Source: Argiope bruennichi
Taxonomy: Eukaryota
Length of the DNA stretch: 64,000 nt
Assembly: GCF_947563725.1 (NCBI RefSeq)
Contig: NC_079159.1
Coordinates: 100,049,559-100,113,558, forward strand
Direction of reading: 5' to 3'
Shown: positions 1-12,228 of the stretch, one piece after another
Position numbering within the stretch: the first letter of the stretch is position 1
Layout of the letters: each line of letters opens with the position of its first letter
Notes under the pieces: model-generated
Told to the model about the DNA's origin: nothing
The model's input: the letters and a program-made list of their open reading frames with translations, nothing else
Database searches by the model: none
Made by a program: the position numbers and the translations under genes

Positions 1-295
1 TCAAATTTTGATTGTCATATAATTTACTCATAATATTATAAAGGCATTCAGTCATAACGTAATATGTATCTCTCTAATTTTCTGTTAGCTCCCGTAGAAT
101 TTATGCTTTAAATTAAAGTGGAAAGGATTAATCTGAAATTAATATAATAATATTTTTTATTGAAACAAAGCATTTTTTTTATAATATGATTACTGAAAAC
201 AGAGTCACTGAGCTTTTAAACTTTATGGGCACTAAAGAATATCTTTCTTAATTTGTGTAATATCTCAAGAATTTATCAACAAAATTTTCTTAGAT

Positions 296-812
296 TCATC
301 ATGAGCAGATCGATTAATAAACAATGTTTAATTTTAAATGCATCAAACACTAAGCAAATAAAACGAATCGTTTAAAATAATCGGCTGAAAAGGTTTAAAA
401 AAAAAAAACTAATTAAAAAACGATGTACTTAAAACTATAAGCATATACAAAAAATATATAACTAACATAAGTGCATTTTAATTACAAAAGCATACAACTA
501 ACATAAAAATAATTTAAATCAATTTCGCATTTGTTGATAATAGTTGTCAGCAATCAGAACAGAACGCGCATGCGTGAATTTTCAACGCCAGTTACGGTAA
601 CGCAAATGAGCGAATTTTTCTACGCCAGTTGGGGTAACGCTATGCGGATTAGAAATTTTTAATTTCCTATATTCTGCTTTATTTTAATTCAAAAGTACTT
701 CAGAATGAATCTGAAAGATCGATTAATTAACAATGCTTGATTTTTAATGCATGAAACATTAAGAAAATAAACAGAATCGTTTGAAATAATCGGCCAAAAA
801 AATGTTAACCCT
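296..812 (+). repeat. Two direct repeats of about 110 bp (296-410 and 716-812, cgattaat(a/t)aacaatg...aatcgttt(a/g)aaataatcggc). They flank a fragment (about 545-660) related to the MITE family at 3808 and 6380
   Basis: Direct comparison of the two stretches in the sequence. The internal segment carries ttctacgccagttggggtaacgc and caacgccagttacggtaacgc, which match the interior of the copy at 3808-3998. Confidence 0.5.
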
Positions 813-2160
813 AGCCTCATTAGAGTGGGGGAAAAAATCCCTGAAGCCTTACTCATTTGGCGGTGGGGAAAAACACTATCTGGAAAAGGAGATCGATACG
901 TTTTATTTAAACTGGGCAGTTACTAAACATATCTGGAGAGATTTCAATATGTGTTTTCTATATCACTCTCTTTCGGATTTTGCAGTTTAGTTTTGTTTTC
1001 GGTTTGTAACATCTCGTTTACAAATCTCGTAACATCATTTTTATTTTAAATTTTAAAAAATGCGGATAATTTTATTTTATCGTTCATTGGATTTTAAAAT
1101 TACAATTTTACAAAAATCTCTTTTGAAAACCACTGGTGAATATATTACGTTTCATTAATCATATTTTTTTCTAAGGCTTTGCTGCTTCATTAAGATGCTG
1201 ATGATGGTAAGTAAATTAAGTGAAATTATTGTACATTTAAATATAAATTGTGCTCAAAATATAATTTAGCTGACTTAACGCAAAAAATTAGGCTAAAATA
1301 CGAGATCACTTGAGATTATACTTATGCAAAAAAAAAAAAAAAAAAAAAAAATGATAATATATTTTTAAAGAATGTGTTTTGTGTTTTAAAAGGTATTTGG
1401 TCGGACACTAGAATTTTTTTATTTGCTAAGAAACTGCATTTTAATTAAAAATAGTAATAGCATTGTTAGATTTGCCATTTATAGTGTAATACTATTACAT
1501 TATTCAAAAATTTTCGATTGAATGCTTTCTCAAATATTTCCAAATGCTTTAAATCATACCAGTAATATTATTTAAAGCAAATATCCAAGTATTCAAATAG
1601 GGAAGGGGTAGGCACAGGAAAGCAAAAATAAAGGATACTGTTAAATTTTCAGCCAAAAATTAAAATTTTTATTTAAAGTCATCTTGTGGACTAATGAACA
1701 CAAAAGTAAATGGTACCTGGGGCTTAGTCATCATTTGTTCCATTCTAATAATTTGCTTTAAAATAAGAAATAAACTCTTCAAAGTACTCCTCTCACAATG
1801 CTGACTCTGATTATCATTATCACCGGAACTACACCTCGAAGTTAGTTCATCTTAATTTTTAATCAATAACGGATTTATCTATTTTGGGCAATGCACAGAA
1901 TGAAGTCAATCTTTTGACAAGGAATCTCTTTAAACTGGTGTTCAGAATACAAAACAATGTAGGAAATCGAGAAATTCTATTCTAAAATAGCTGGTTTTCA
2001 AAGCAGTGCGTAAATATATTACGTCATCCATTTTTAAAAATTAGATTTAAGATAGACATTATATATAAAAAATTATATTTATCACAATATAATTTTGTGA
2101 ATGCAAGAAGCCTACAAAATGGGTAGCATATTAGTTATGCTTAGCTTATTCCATTCATCT

Positions 2161-2231
2161 AGAGCTTCTTTCTAGTTGTACAGAAGAAAGTTCTAGTTTT
2201 CTTTCTAGTTGTTGTCTTTCTAGTTGTACAG
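2161..2231. repeat. Short tandem repeat, about 3 units of (t)ctttctagttgt(acag)
   Basis: Visible reiteration of tctttctagttgt in the sequence. Confidence 0.5.
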
Positions 2232-3807
2232 ATTTTTTTTACATTGATAAATGAAACCCATGTATAAAAGTAAATATTTTATATGAATTTTTTTTTATAT
2301 GATAATCTTTTTCGCCTTATTTTCAAAATATGTGGAATAAAAAAAGTGTATATAACTTTTGTGGTACATTGCGTGAAAAATAAACAAAATCAGAAAGAAG
2401 ATATGCATTCAAAATTATTAATATAGCATAGAATTTCATGATAAACACAAGATAATGCTTGTTATTAAAAACTGCAGAAGTGAAGTTGAAAAATTAGCTA
2501 TAAATTCAAGCGAAATGATTAAAATTTCAAAGCAATGAATTTAAAGTTTTATCACTATTGATATTTTTACCTCGCTTATTGAAAAATAAAATGCATTGCA
2601 TTCATTGTGATTAAGAATTAATATAAAACTGACCTTTCTCAGATTAATGTAATAGAAAGACATTGGAGGAACCAGTCGAATTCCATTTAAATACGATGTT
2701 ATTGTTAAATATAAAAGTCTATAATAGCAGGTATATTGTAAGTGGGAAAGAAATAAAAGTGAGTCATGGATTTTCATCAACCCAAAACTACAAAGAAAGA
2801 ATTCCCCGACAATTGACATTGCGGGGCCGAAAGTTAAGAAGTCTAGTCCGATACCTGCGAAAGAAGGGGGTAACCCCCCTGCAGGAGGATAGGAAATATC
2901 AGAAATATAACTTTCAGCTTCAGGGAAGCCATTCGCCCGTCCTCTCAATTGAGGTCATAAAGGGAAAGGGAGAAATCTATGAATGGGTTTAAATCGGTTT
3001 ATGGACCGGTTATTATTCGAATTATAGTATCATTGTAATCATTCGAAACCTCATATCGCTGAAATTAGTGCTATTCACAGGAAAGGGTTTGTAAGTGTGA
3101 AATTACTACTTTATTTGCATTGGTGACTTCTTTTGTAGAATATCAATAACTTGGCATAAAGATAATTTCTAGTTGCCGGTGAAATGACATTCTATTGGCA
3201 TTCTTTATAGGCGCCATTTATTGCAGAATATAGAACTAAAGTGAAATCTTTTAAAGAAATGACACTATTTTATTTCATTTTTTTAAAGAAAATACTTAAT
3301 TCAAATAAATAAATTAAATTAATGGTTTTGAATAAAATTAAAAACTGCTTAAATAGATAAATGCAGTGAATCACACTTCACTTAAATAAATTAATTAGTA
3401 TTAATAACAAAAAATAAATTTTAATAACAATAATAATTAATAATTTTTAATTAAAGTGTGATTGAAGTAACAGTTGCCTGAAATAAATATTTGAAAATAA
3501 TAATAGCAAAAATTTTTGTTATTCAGAAATTCGTGAATTATGCATCTATAATATAAACACGTGATTTGTTTCTTCAAATATTAGACCTTAGCTCGCGATC
3601 GTCAAGGGCAAAATTGGCACAGACTCCAAAAGATTGCGTAACTTTTCTAGCAACAAACGCGCCAATCTACTTTTATGTTTACTTCATTTTACTCTTTCAA
3701 AAATCTTTTCTTTATGTTGACCTTTTTTTTTTTTCTTTTTTTTTCCGCTTTTGAGTTTAATTCCGCTTATTAATGTTTTTCATGAAATTTACAAACTAAC
3801 TGAAGAA

Positions 3808-3998
3808 CCGCAGTTTAACCCCCTTCTACGCCAAGTTGCGATAACGCGCCAAAGTTTCTCGGTTTCTCTAGACTGGCAAATCTATTATCTTTTGCCTTTA
3901 TGATTGGACATCATAGCTCTGCGAAAAACACGGCGCAAGACCATTGTTGGCGATTTTTGAAAATTGCGCCAAGCAGGGGGTTAAACTGCAGTCGTACC
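3808..3998 (+). mobile_element. MITE-like non-autonomous element of about 190 bp with terminal inverted repeats CAGTTTAACCCCCT ... AGGGGGTTAAACTG (copy A)
   Basis: The termini of the copy are reverse complements of each other. The whole copy reappears in inverted orientation at 6380-6605 and partially at 545-660. Confidence 0.55.
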
Positions 3999-4339
3999 AC
4001 AACAACTCTCACTTGAGAAGGCAGACCAAAAAGCGTATTTTGTTAATAAACATGTTTTTTTTTAAAGACATGTGTTTCGCTAATAAACATTGAATGACAA
4101 AGCATTTGGCTTGAGAGCGCCTCGTGTTGTATGCCAAAAACACCTTGGCGGCCTCAAAGCTTGAGCCTGCGCAGTTTCGTTTTTGACGGGCGCGGACTTC
4201 AAATTGTCTTCCCATCAAGGAATAATTGTTTTGATTTAGCTATGCAGATGTATTTAAATTTCTAGGAAGAATTAACAAATATGAATAATCTTATCACTTA
4301 AAAATTTTTGATTTCAGAAGAAAATTTGAGCATCCAAAT

Positions 4340-4478
4340 ATGGGAGATGCAATTTATGAGTTTATAAAAACAGCATTCCAAAAGATCTCTGATGTGTTAT
4401 CAGCATCTATAGTATTTGGAGGCTTACTTAATAAAATCGAAGAAAAGACAGGCATCGCAGGATCTTTCATAATTACAG
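4340..4478 (+). CDS. REEP5-like: REEP5/6-like (DP1/Yop1/TB2-HVA22 family) gene, exon 1 with ATG. Translation MGDAIYEFIKTAFQKISDVLSASIVFGGLLNKIEEKTGIAGSFIIT, then donor g|gtaagt (phase 1)
   Basis: ATG at 4340. LNKIEEKTGIAGSFII matches the conserved N-terminal L(A)KLEAKTGVNRSFIALG stretch of REEP5 as I recall it. Canonical GTAAGT donor at 4479. Reading frame is continuous with exons 2-4. Confidence 0.75.
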
Positions 4479-5327
4479 GTAAGTCAATTTCATCAAAAAT
4501 GAGATGAAACTGTAAAATATTAAGCGTTTAAACAAATTTCAACAAAGTCTAAAGTAATTTGATTCTCCATCAAAATCGTATTTTTGGAATTTGAAAGCAT
4601 ATAATCCAAGGAATATATCTACCAAATAAGAAAAATGAGTAGCAAAATTATGTTTTCTTATTAAAGGTGCTATATTAAAATAGGATTTTGCATGCCAACT
4701 GTCCCTATATCTAACCTATGTGTGATTAATTTTAATCTACATTAAGAATATGAAAAAACATTAGTTCGTTCTATATGAATTTTCAAAATCGATTGTGTAA
4801 TCTAAAAAAAATCGTACATTAAAAACTGAAATAAATGTCAAAGTTTCTTTTTTTTTAATAGGCTATACAAATTTCCAAACTAAAAATACAATGCGTCACA
4901 AAAAATGTATTGGCTTAATATTAGTTAGTTTCTATATTTATTTACTAAAAAATCTTCGATTTATACGTGGGTGTCATGACATGCAAATAATATATTTGCT
5001 AGTTTGCGTATATTTAGTAAACATTCAAAAATTTTAAAAAAACACACATTATAATTATAATATTCATTTCGTTATTATTTTTTATATTCCTTAAACTATG
5101 CAATTTTAATAACAATTACAAAAAATAATGCAAATTGCTTTTTATAAAAATTAATTACATTTAAAAATTCTAATAATAATTAGTTAAAAGTTTGCGTATA
5201 CATATGAAAAAGGCTTGCAAAATTACTATGGACAATAAGTAGGTAGCTGGATAGGCCTTATATGAAAACTTATGCGAATCGCTGAAGCATGGATTGAAGC
5301 AGTATTAATGCTTCTTTAGAAGAAATT

Positions 5328-5522
5328 TTATTCCACTTTGAGAAAATCACTCTTTTTAAATATCTCTTTCGTAGTTTTGCATTTCGATAAGTCCCACAAA
5401 TGTTCAATTCTGTTTAAGTCCTTCGATTGTGGAGGAGAATGGAGCTGATTTTTTGATACTCTAAGGCAGTCAGAGATACTTCTTGAGAGCATTGCCTCGC
5501 ATAAACCAAAAGTCATCTCCAA
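5328..5522 (-). mobile_element. Tc1/mariner-type transposase C-terminal relic (…HSPPQSKDLNRIEHLWD…)
   Basis: The translated minus-strand ORF carries the Tc1-family signature WPSQSPDLNPIEHLW in degenerate form. The ORF is short and has no N-terminal domains. Confidence 0.5.
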
Positions 5523-6379
5523 AATTCAAAGGCGTGCAGCCCGGTTTAAAATTTTTTTTAAAAATGTTTATATGGCCTATATAATTTCATTTTCAATCTA
5601 TAAAGGTTCGCAACCTACAAAACTGGCTGCCCTCCCCTCTCAAACTATTACTCCAATTTCACCGTACTAAACTGTAAGCATAAGATTTTACTTTTCAAAA
5701 ACTGTACCTTTGTTATTTCCGCACCAGCTTATGCTCTTTGATGTCAAAAATATAGAGATTGTTCTTACTAGATAAAAGAACTATTTCCAAAAATTTTGTG
5801 ACTTATCAACACACCATTTACAAAATATAAACATTTTTGCTTATTGACAGGTGATATATATGACCCTTAACGAATTCATGGCTATAATAATCAGTCTTTT
5901 TCAAAATTTTCTGTATGATGTCGACACGGAGAATTTATTAAAATGTCTCTTTAATCCTATTTGCAATTTGAGATGCAAAAATCCTAAAATTTGAATGCAC
6001 GGATTTAAAGATGTGTTTATTTAATCATTCTCATTCACAGATCAATCATTCAGATCATAAAGATTAAAGATTTATTTATAATATCTCGCTCTGAATGTGA
6101 GAATTTTGAAGGAATACTAGGTAAATAGTTATTTTTATTTTCTCGTATACAAAGTGAGAGTATTAAAATCCAAAGAGAAAGTATTAAAATCGTGAAAGAA
6201 TTCGAATTCGAGGTTTTGACTAATTACATGCATCTGTCTTTTCTGAGTTCGAAAAATACAATTTTGAAATTAAGCACGTATGCCTGTGAACACGATAACT
6301 TAAAAATGCTTTCAGTTGGAAAAATAAAATTGGTTTTTACACCGAATTTGTAGATTTCTATGAAAATTTGAACAAAATT

Positions 6380-6605
6380 CGGTACGACCGGAGTTTAATC
6401 CCCTGCTTGGCGCAATTTTCAAAAATCGCCAATTCACTAACAACGGTTTTGCGCCGTGTTTTGCAAAATGTTCAAAAGCGAGGGAGCAGATGTCCAATCA
6501 TAGCGCATAATAAAGGCAAAAGATAATGGGTTTGCCAGTCGAGAGAAAACGGAGGTTGCCAGCTTTGGCGCGTTATGGTAAATTGGCGTAGAAGGCGGTT
6601 CATCC
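6380..6605 (-). mobile_element. MITE-like element copy B, inverted relative to copy A, with small indels
   Basis: The reverse complement of 3808-3998 aligns along its length (ggtacgac.gcagtttaa.cccctgcttggcgcaattttcaaaaatcgccaa...aaaggcaaaagataat.g.tttgccagtc.agagaaa...ttggcgtagaagg). Confidence 0.55.
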
Positions 6606-6822
6606 AGAGGAAGTATGACTGTCTGATTGTCAAATGTAAAATAACACGATAACTACAAAACGAAAAGAGCTAGATTGATAAAATTTGATGCTTTGATTTA
6701 TCATCTAAAATATAGAATGTGTCAAAGTTTAAACAAAATCCGCCAAGAGAATAGCGGTCTGTTAGTCTGTACTTTTACAAGAATGTAAAAGTAATATTTC
6801 CAAAATGCATTGATTTAAATAT

Positions 6823-7080
6823 ATCAAATTTTGTATGTGATCTTGTGATTACCACGTTAGTTCTATATCAAATTCTGGTTTTAATTGGTCGGAAAAAAGA
6901 TGTCCAAAATGCACATTAGGTTTTCTTATATTTCTGTATTAAACGAATCAAATTTTGTATGTGATCTTGTGATTACCACGGTAGTTCTGAGTCAAATTCT
7001 GGTTTTAATTGGTCGGAAAAAAGATGTCTTAAATACACATTAGGTTTTCTTATATTTCTGTATTAAACGGATTCTAACGA
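6823..7080. repeat. Tandem duplication, 2 units of about 129 bp at about 95% identity
   Basis: The unit caaattttgtatgtgatcttgtgattaccacg(t/g)tagttct...ttcttatatttctgtattaaacg occurs twice back to back. Confidence 0.7.
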
Positions 7081-7756
7081 TTAATCGACAAAAAGTCGCT
7101 AAAGATGCACGCTAATAGGCTCTTTCGTATCTATTGTTCGCCAATGGTATGCAGTTGCGGTTAATCTTTTGCTATCCGAAAAGAGTTAATAAAATGCTTA
7201 ATTATATATATGTGAATGTAAGGATTCCTTTAAAGTTTAGGAAGCTAAAAAAATATTGTTATTATTTCTAAAAATTAATGAGTGAACTTTTACTCTATAC
7301 GGCTTTTATAACAATTATTATCTAATAAGAATGTGAAAACGATGCATACTTCAGAATGTCCAGTCAATCTAACGTTGAACCGCAAAAGGGTTAATTATAC
7401 ACAAATACATTCGTTAGAAAGTGTACAAGAAAGGTTCGGTTTCTCATTATTTGTACAAAATAACAAGAAAGAGATCTCAACGAACTGAAAAAGAAGGACT
7501 ACTGTATGATAGTTGATCTTAATTATGATAAATAACAAAACACAGTATTTGTAAATTGAATAGAAACATAAAATTGGAAATGATTTCCTTTTCAAATCTT
7601 GAGGCCTCAAAGCTTCCAATCTACCTGATTATCCAGCCCACTCCTTCCTAACCAGACAAGTTATACCAGGGGCGGATACAAGGATGGGTGGATGGAGCGG
7701 CTGCTTGATCTTTCCCAAAACTCTAGACCATATTTTACAGTCTCGAAGAAGTGATT

Positions 7757-7975
7757 GTTTGATATGTTACATATGTTTATTTAAAATGTTTCTGAAACTT
7801 TTCATTTTAGAAGCTTTTTACTCATTGTTCTTTATTTCTACTTTAAATTATACTATTTTTATATGTAGGAATTAAAACATATTTGCACTTCTAATTAATC
7901 TTATTTATATTGAAAACTAGATTTATGAAGTGAAAATAAAGTGTATCTTCAATTATTTAAGGTACTACATACTTC
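7757..7975 (+). mobile_element. Solo diverged copy of the Tc1-like long terminal inverted-repeat region (related to 17030-17237)
   Basis: atgtttatttaaaatgtttctgaaacttttcattttagaagc...tttgcacttct...ttatttatattgaaa parallels the right arm of the element at 15546-17237 at about 75% identity. Confidence 0.45.
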
Positions 7976-8289
7976 TTATACGAGAAAATAAATGTAGCTA
8001 GTGTTGAAATTGAAAGCATGCTCTCTGTCACAATCGATGTGGATCAAAAGTATTTTAATTACGTATAATGAATAACAACATTTGTCAAATGACTCAACTT
8101 CCCTATTTAGTGAATATGAAAAGCACGAATAACTTTTTTTCTTTGTTTCTCCAGAACTGCTTTCAACTTATCCTTTACACAAATCATATTGATTATTAAA
8201 TCATTATAGTTTTCCATGAATGTATAATTATTTTGATTCATTGAAATTTATTAGAGAATATGTTTTTTACTGAAGATAATTTTTTTTAG

Positions 8290-8383
8290 GTCTAACAGTA
8301 TTGTTTTTCTTATGTTTCCTCCTGGGAAGTGGACCATTTTTCGTGTTGTATTCTGCAATTGTTTTATATCCTGCTTATCAATC
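8290..8383 (+). CDS. REEP5-like: REEP5-like exon 2: (G)LTVLFFLCFLLGSGPFFVLYSAIVLYPAYQ(S)
   Basis: Acceptor tttttttag at 8288-8289. Phase is consistent with exon 1 (g+gt gives Gly). YPAYQS matches the conserved YPAYIS of the REEP/Yop1 family. Donor tc|gtaagt (phase 2). Confidence 0.7.
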
Positions 8384-8509
8384 GTAAGTAAAAAGAAAAG
8401 TGAAATATTACTATCAAAAGGCATGGGTAATAATAAATAATATCCTTCACTAAACTGCAATTCAGTAAACTAATAATAGAGTCTGGTACTTTTTATTTGA
8501 CAGTATTAT

Positions 8510-9180
8510 TCTTGTATTGACTCCCCCCCTCCACGAATATAGCGGTTTAATTTGGCAGCATAAGATCTCGAACGTAAAACTGTCTCGAGACTCTTGCAAT
8601 CGTAATCCACTATCTCCAATATATCATTAATTCGCCTTAAGTTTAGCACTGCTATGTACATCGAATAGATTTTTAAGATATTTGTTCCGTTTCAAGACTT
8701 GGGTCAAATTTTAAGGCAATGTTCACTCCATATATGGTAACATACCTGAGACTTGCAATTTGATAATAAATTGCATTCCATCCAGCCATTTATTTCTGAT
8801 TTTAAGACTGACTCTCTCAGCGGTAGATTGAGTATCAAGTTAACAAGACTTCGCATTGGTCATACTTATTTTACTCACAAGCCTTTACTTCATTCGGATA
8901 CGGCTCAAATTTGTTCAAGATGTAGGACCATAATATCTGTTCGGTATATCAAACGTGAATGCTCTAAGTACCGTTTTCTAAGAATAAAATATTTCGGAAG
9001 TGATTATCCAAATGTGAAAGATATAATTGGCGAACTTTACCATGATAATGTGTTTTCATTTTTATTTGACGTCAATTCCATGCATAACATTTAATTTCTT
9101 TTTTCACTTTGCTCTTTTAACTTTGCATCTCCTTACTGTTTTTAATGAGGGTTTTTTTTTTTTTTTAAGTTAACACGAGT
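8510..9180 (+). mobile_element. 3-prime fragment of a non-LTR (Jockey/CR1-like) retrotransposon: ORF2 C-terminal domain plus tail
   Basis: ORF 8753-9094 encodes LTRLRIGHTYFTH…C..C…VRYIKRECSKY, the C-terminal cysteine motif typical of Jockey/CR1-clade ORF2 (LxRLRIGHTRLTH…C.C). Upstream frames are riddled with stops, so it is a truncated relic. Confidence 0.5.
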
Positions 9181-10704
9181 TTGGCACAGCTTGGCCAATA
9201 TTGGTCCTTGCGCCTGAAAAAAAATTAATCAATCAGTCCAAGAGACCTCTCAATGTCTAGACGTATGAGGCGAGCTTCTTTAGCACCAATGTGAAAAACC
9301 GCCAATGTATGAATAAGATGATTTTCATCTGTATATCTCAGAATAAAGAACCCGTATCTGTTGAATTCTAAATAAAGCTGCACCGTATTGTTTCTTTACC
9401 ATGAGTCAATCTTGCCAAAACAAACTGATTTACAGATAATAATTTCTACTCTTCTAAATAATAAAGTGAGAGAGTTCAGAGATTCGACCAGAAGTTCAGC
9501 TCTTTGATGGAATAATAGTCTTATTTCTTGCTAGTGCGAAACAATAACAAATAGATTAAAAAATTACTTTTGATGCTTTTGGAAAATTGGATTTGAAGAC
9601 AACGGTAATTGAACTTCCTTTCCTGCGTAAAATTATTGGCTAAATTTCTCGACAATGATTTATTTTTGCTGCAAGTTCTATTTATCTGGGTTCTTTGAAG
9701 GTCGGATGTTTCTATTATTCTATGCCGATAAAGGACTCAGGAAAAATTATTTATCACTGCGAATGAGATATCTCGCCTTCCAAGAATGTTTGCTGTGCGT
9801 TAGAATCTAACTTTGATATCAGTTTAGATAAGTTTGTATACCGAATCCGTTCAGATTTTTTTTGTATATATATTATATATAGTGAGTACAGTTGCTGTTT
9901 ATATTTTCTGGAGTTTGCACCTAATTCGCAATTCTCAGTTAATATCAGTGATAAATTACGATTAGAAAGCTGGACTGAGGGGGATAGGTGGTCACAGGTA
10001 ATCATTATTAGTCGAGTTGCCAAATAAACAAATTTGTAAAAAGTATAAATTTTAGAAATTATAAAGTATTAGGATTACAATGTGTTATCCTAATGCATTG
10101 TAATGTATTACATATTAGTTATTCGTATTAAAAATATATTAAATATTAGTTATTCGTTTAACTGCAATGTTATATTCCACTTAGTGGGTGTCGTAAAAAA
10201 GGGATTTTTAATGCTATATTAGTTTGATTCTTATTATTTTCATATAAACTATTATCTATATATTCAAAATAATAAGGAACACTAATGAACCAGTCACCCA
10301 ACTTCAACTACTGGTTCGATTTCGCCACTCTTTGCATCATATGAAAACTCTTGACTCGTAGATATTCTATCAAGGATCGCTTGCCATCTTTCGCCTTTTA
10401 TTTCTGAAATAAATTGAAAAAATATCATCTCTTAATACATTCTTTGTTCTCTACTCACAAATCTTGCATGGAGTTCGTCTTTTTGACCGCTGAGGAAACA
10501 CAAAAAGTTTTACTTCATTTTAAGGCTCATGACCCCTAAATATACCTTCAAAGGTCACCTATCTTTATTTATCCTCCATTTCGGAGAGAAATAATTATAA
10601 TTAATCTTCAATGTATATTCTCTATGGGAAAAAAGTGCGACAGAGTTTACTGTTCACAACCACTAAATGGATTTTTAAAAAACATTTATTTTATAAGAAT
10701 ACTT

Positions 10705-11010
10705 ATGTTTCCCGAGGGGTCATTGGAGCCACGGTGGCCTGGTGGGAAGGTCTTGGCTTCGGAACCGGAGAGTTTCAGATTCGAGGTCCAATTCCAGAGA
10801 AGAACCGTCGTGTAAGTGAGTGTGGTGTACGTTAAATCCGTCGGAGTAAACGTCTTCCAACTGGGGTGGTGTGGAAGTTTGGAGAGGGGGTGCCAGCTCA
10901 GGTGTCGTCCTCGACATCTGACTGCGGTTCAAAATTAAGAGGTATGTCTTAAAATAGTCCCAGTGTTGCTATAAAACGGGACGTTAATATAACTAAATTA
11001 AACCCGAAAG
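10705..11010 (+). mobile_element. tRNA-derived SINE-like element or tRNA pseudogene relic with a GC-rich body
   Basis: A-box-like tggcctggtgg and B-box-like agattcgaggtcc (compare GGTTCGANTCC). The spacing is too long for a true tRNA, and a unique GC-rich body follows inside AT-rich DNA. Confidence 0.4.
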
Positions 11011-12089
11011 GTCATCAATGTTCATTATCCACTTCCCTTTTCAAATCGAACCGTCAGCCTCAACACCTGGAATGATTTTTTTCTCACTAACTTGGAATTT
11101 TGAATATTCTAACATTATTATGCAACTTTTACTTATATTACTGTAGCTATTCTTCTATTATACTTTTGTTGAGAAAAGATACAGTTAATTAAAATTGGCT
11201 GATATGACTAAATTAATTTCATTAAATAAGCGTCTTTGGCGACGTTATTAATGACAACATTAACATATGTCGACGAATTTCGATGAAATACATCTTATCA
11301 AAATAAAAGAAATTCTTATTTTAAATTATGACTTCATAATAATTGTAGACAATTCAGATTGGTTAATTATACTTGAAAAGTGGCGAAATTAATTAGCTAG
11401 AAAATTGGCGGAAACGATCCAGTAGATTAAGATTATAAACACTGCCTAATTTTATTTTACAATATTTCTCGAAGATGGATATGGAGGAGACAGATGAAAA
11501 TTGATGTTTTAACAAAGAGTCATAATCTTTTATACGAAATAAAAATTGGCAAAATCAGTGCATCAGTTAATTTATTTAGGGACTGTGACAGGCAAACTCA
11601 ATCAAGGATATTCCAAACAGAGAATGAGCAGGGTAGTAAAGTTTTTGAAATTTCTTTCAGTTAGTTGGTTTAAATGTTTTTTTTTTTTTTTTTTTCTTAT
11701 GAGCTTTTATATTTTAACTATGCCGTCCATATAGTAAAACAGAACATTGTAAATTTTCTTTTAAAATCGAAAAAAATCAAATATAGTTATATATAAAAAT
11801 AAAACAGTTAAAATATGAAGGAAAATGATAGAAAAGATTTGTGCATTAAGAAAGAACAATTTTTTAAAAATGTATGGTATGGTATTAAATGTATGGTAAA
11901 AACTGTATAGCATTTAAAAATTTTTGAATGGCGAATCTTTCCGAGTAATTCAATAAGAGTTAAAGGCGGTAAATGAAAAAAGCAGATCAACAGCCAGACA
12001 TACATACAAAAACACTCATTGGCTTTCATTATTAGAAAAGATTAAGTAAATGTTGCATTTTTGAAAGATTTTTTTTTTTTTTTTTTAAG

Positions 12090-12228
12090 ATTTAAATGTT
12101 TGGAGGAAGATAACAAGGAAAAGGCATTTAATTGGATCAAGTATTGGATAGTGTTCTGCGCCTTCCATGCTGCTGAGCATTTTGGTGATAAATTCATATA
12201 CTGGTTACCTGGATATCAAATTTTCAAG
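12090..12228 (+). CDS. REEP5-like: REEP5-like exon 3: (S)FKCLEEDNKEKAFNWIKYWIVFCAFHAAEHFGDKFIYWLPGYQIFK
   Basis: Acceptor after a T15 tract at 12088-12089, phase 2 into phase 0. Strong similarity to REEP5 [41 protein letters not shown]. Donor aag|gtatgt. Confidence 0.8.

Noticed and set aside
8753-9094. 113-aa ORF as a host gene in the REEP intron
   Set aside because: Its only recognisable content is the C-terminal Cys motif of a non-LTR retrotransposon ORF2. There is no upstream RT domain and no start context, so it is a truncated TE relic
10712-10800. Possible tRNA gene (A-box and B-box look-alikes)
   Set aside because: The distance between the box-A-like and box-B-like motifs and the overall length do not fit a 72-76-nt cloverleaf. 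I could not fold acceptor and anticodon stems. It is better explained as a SINE head or tRNA pseudogene
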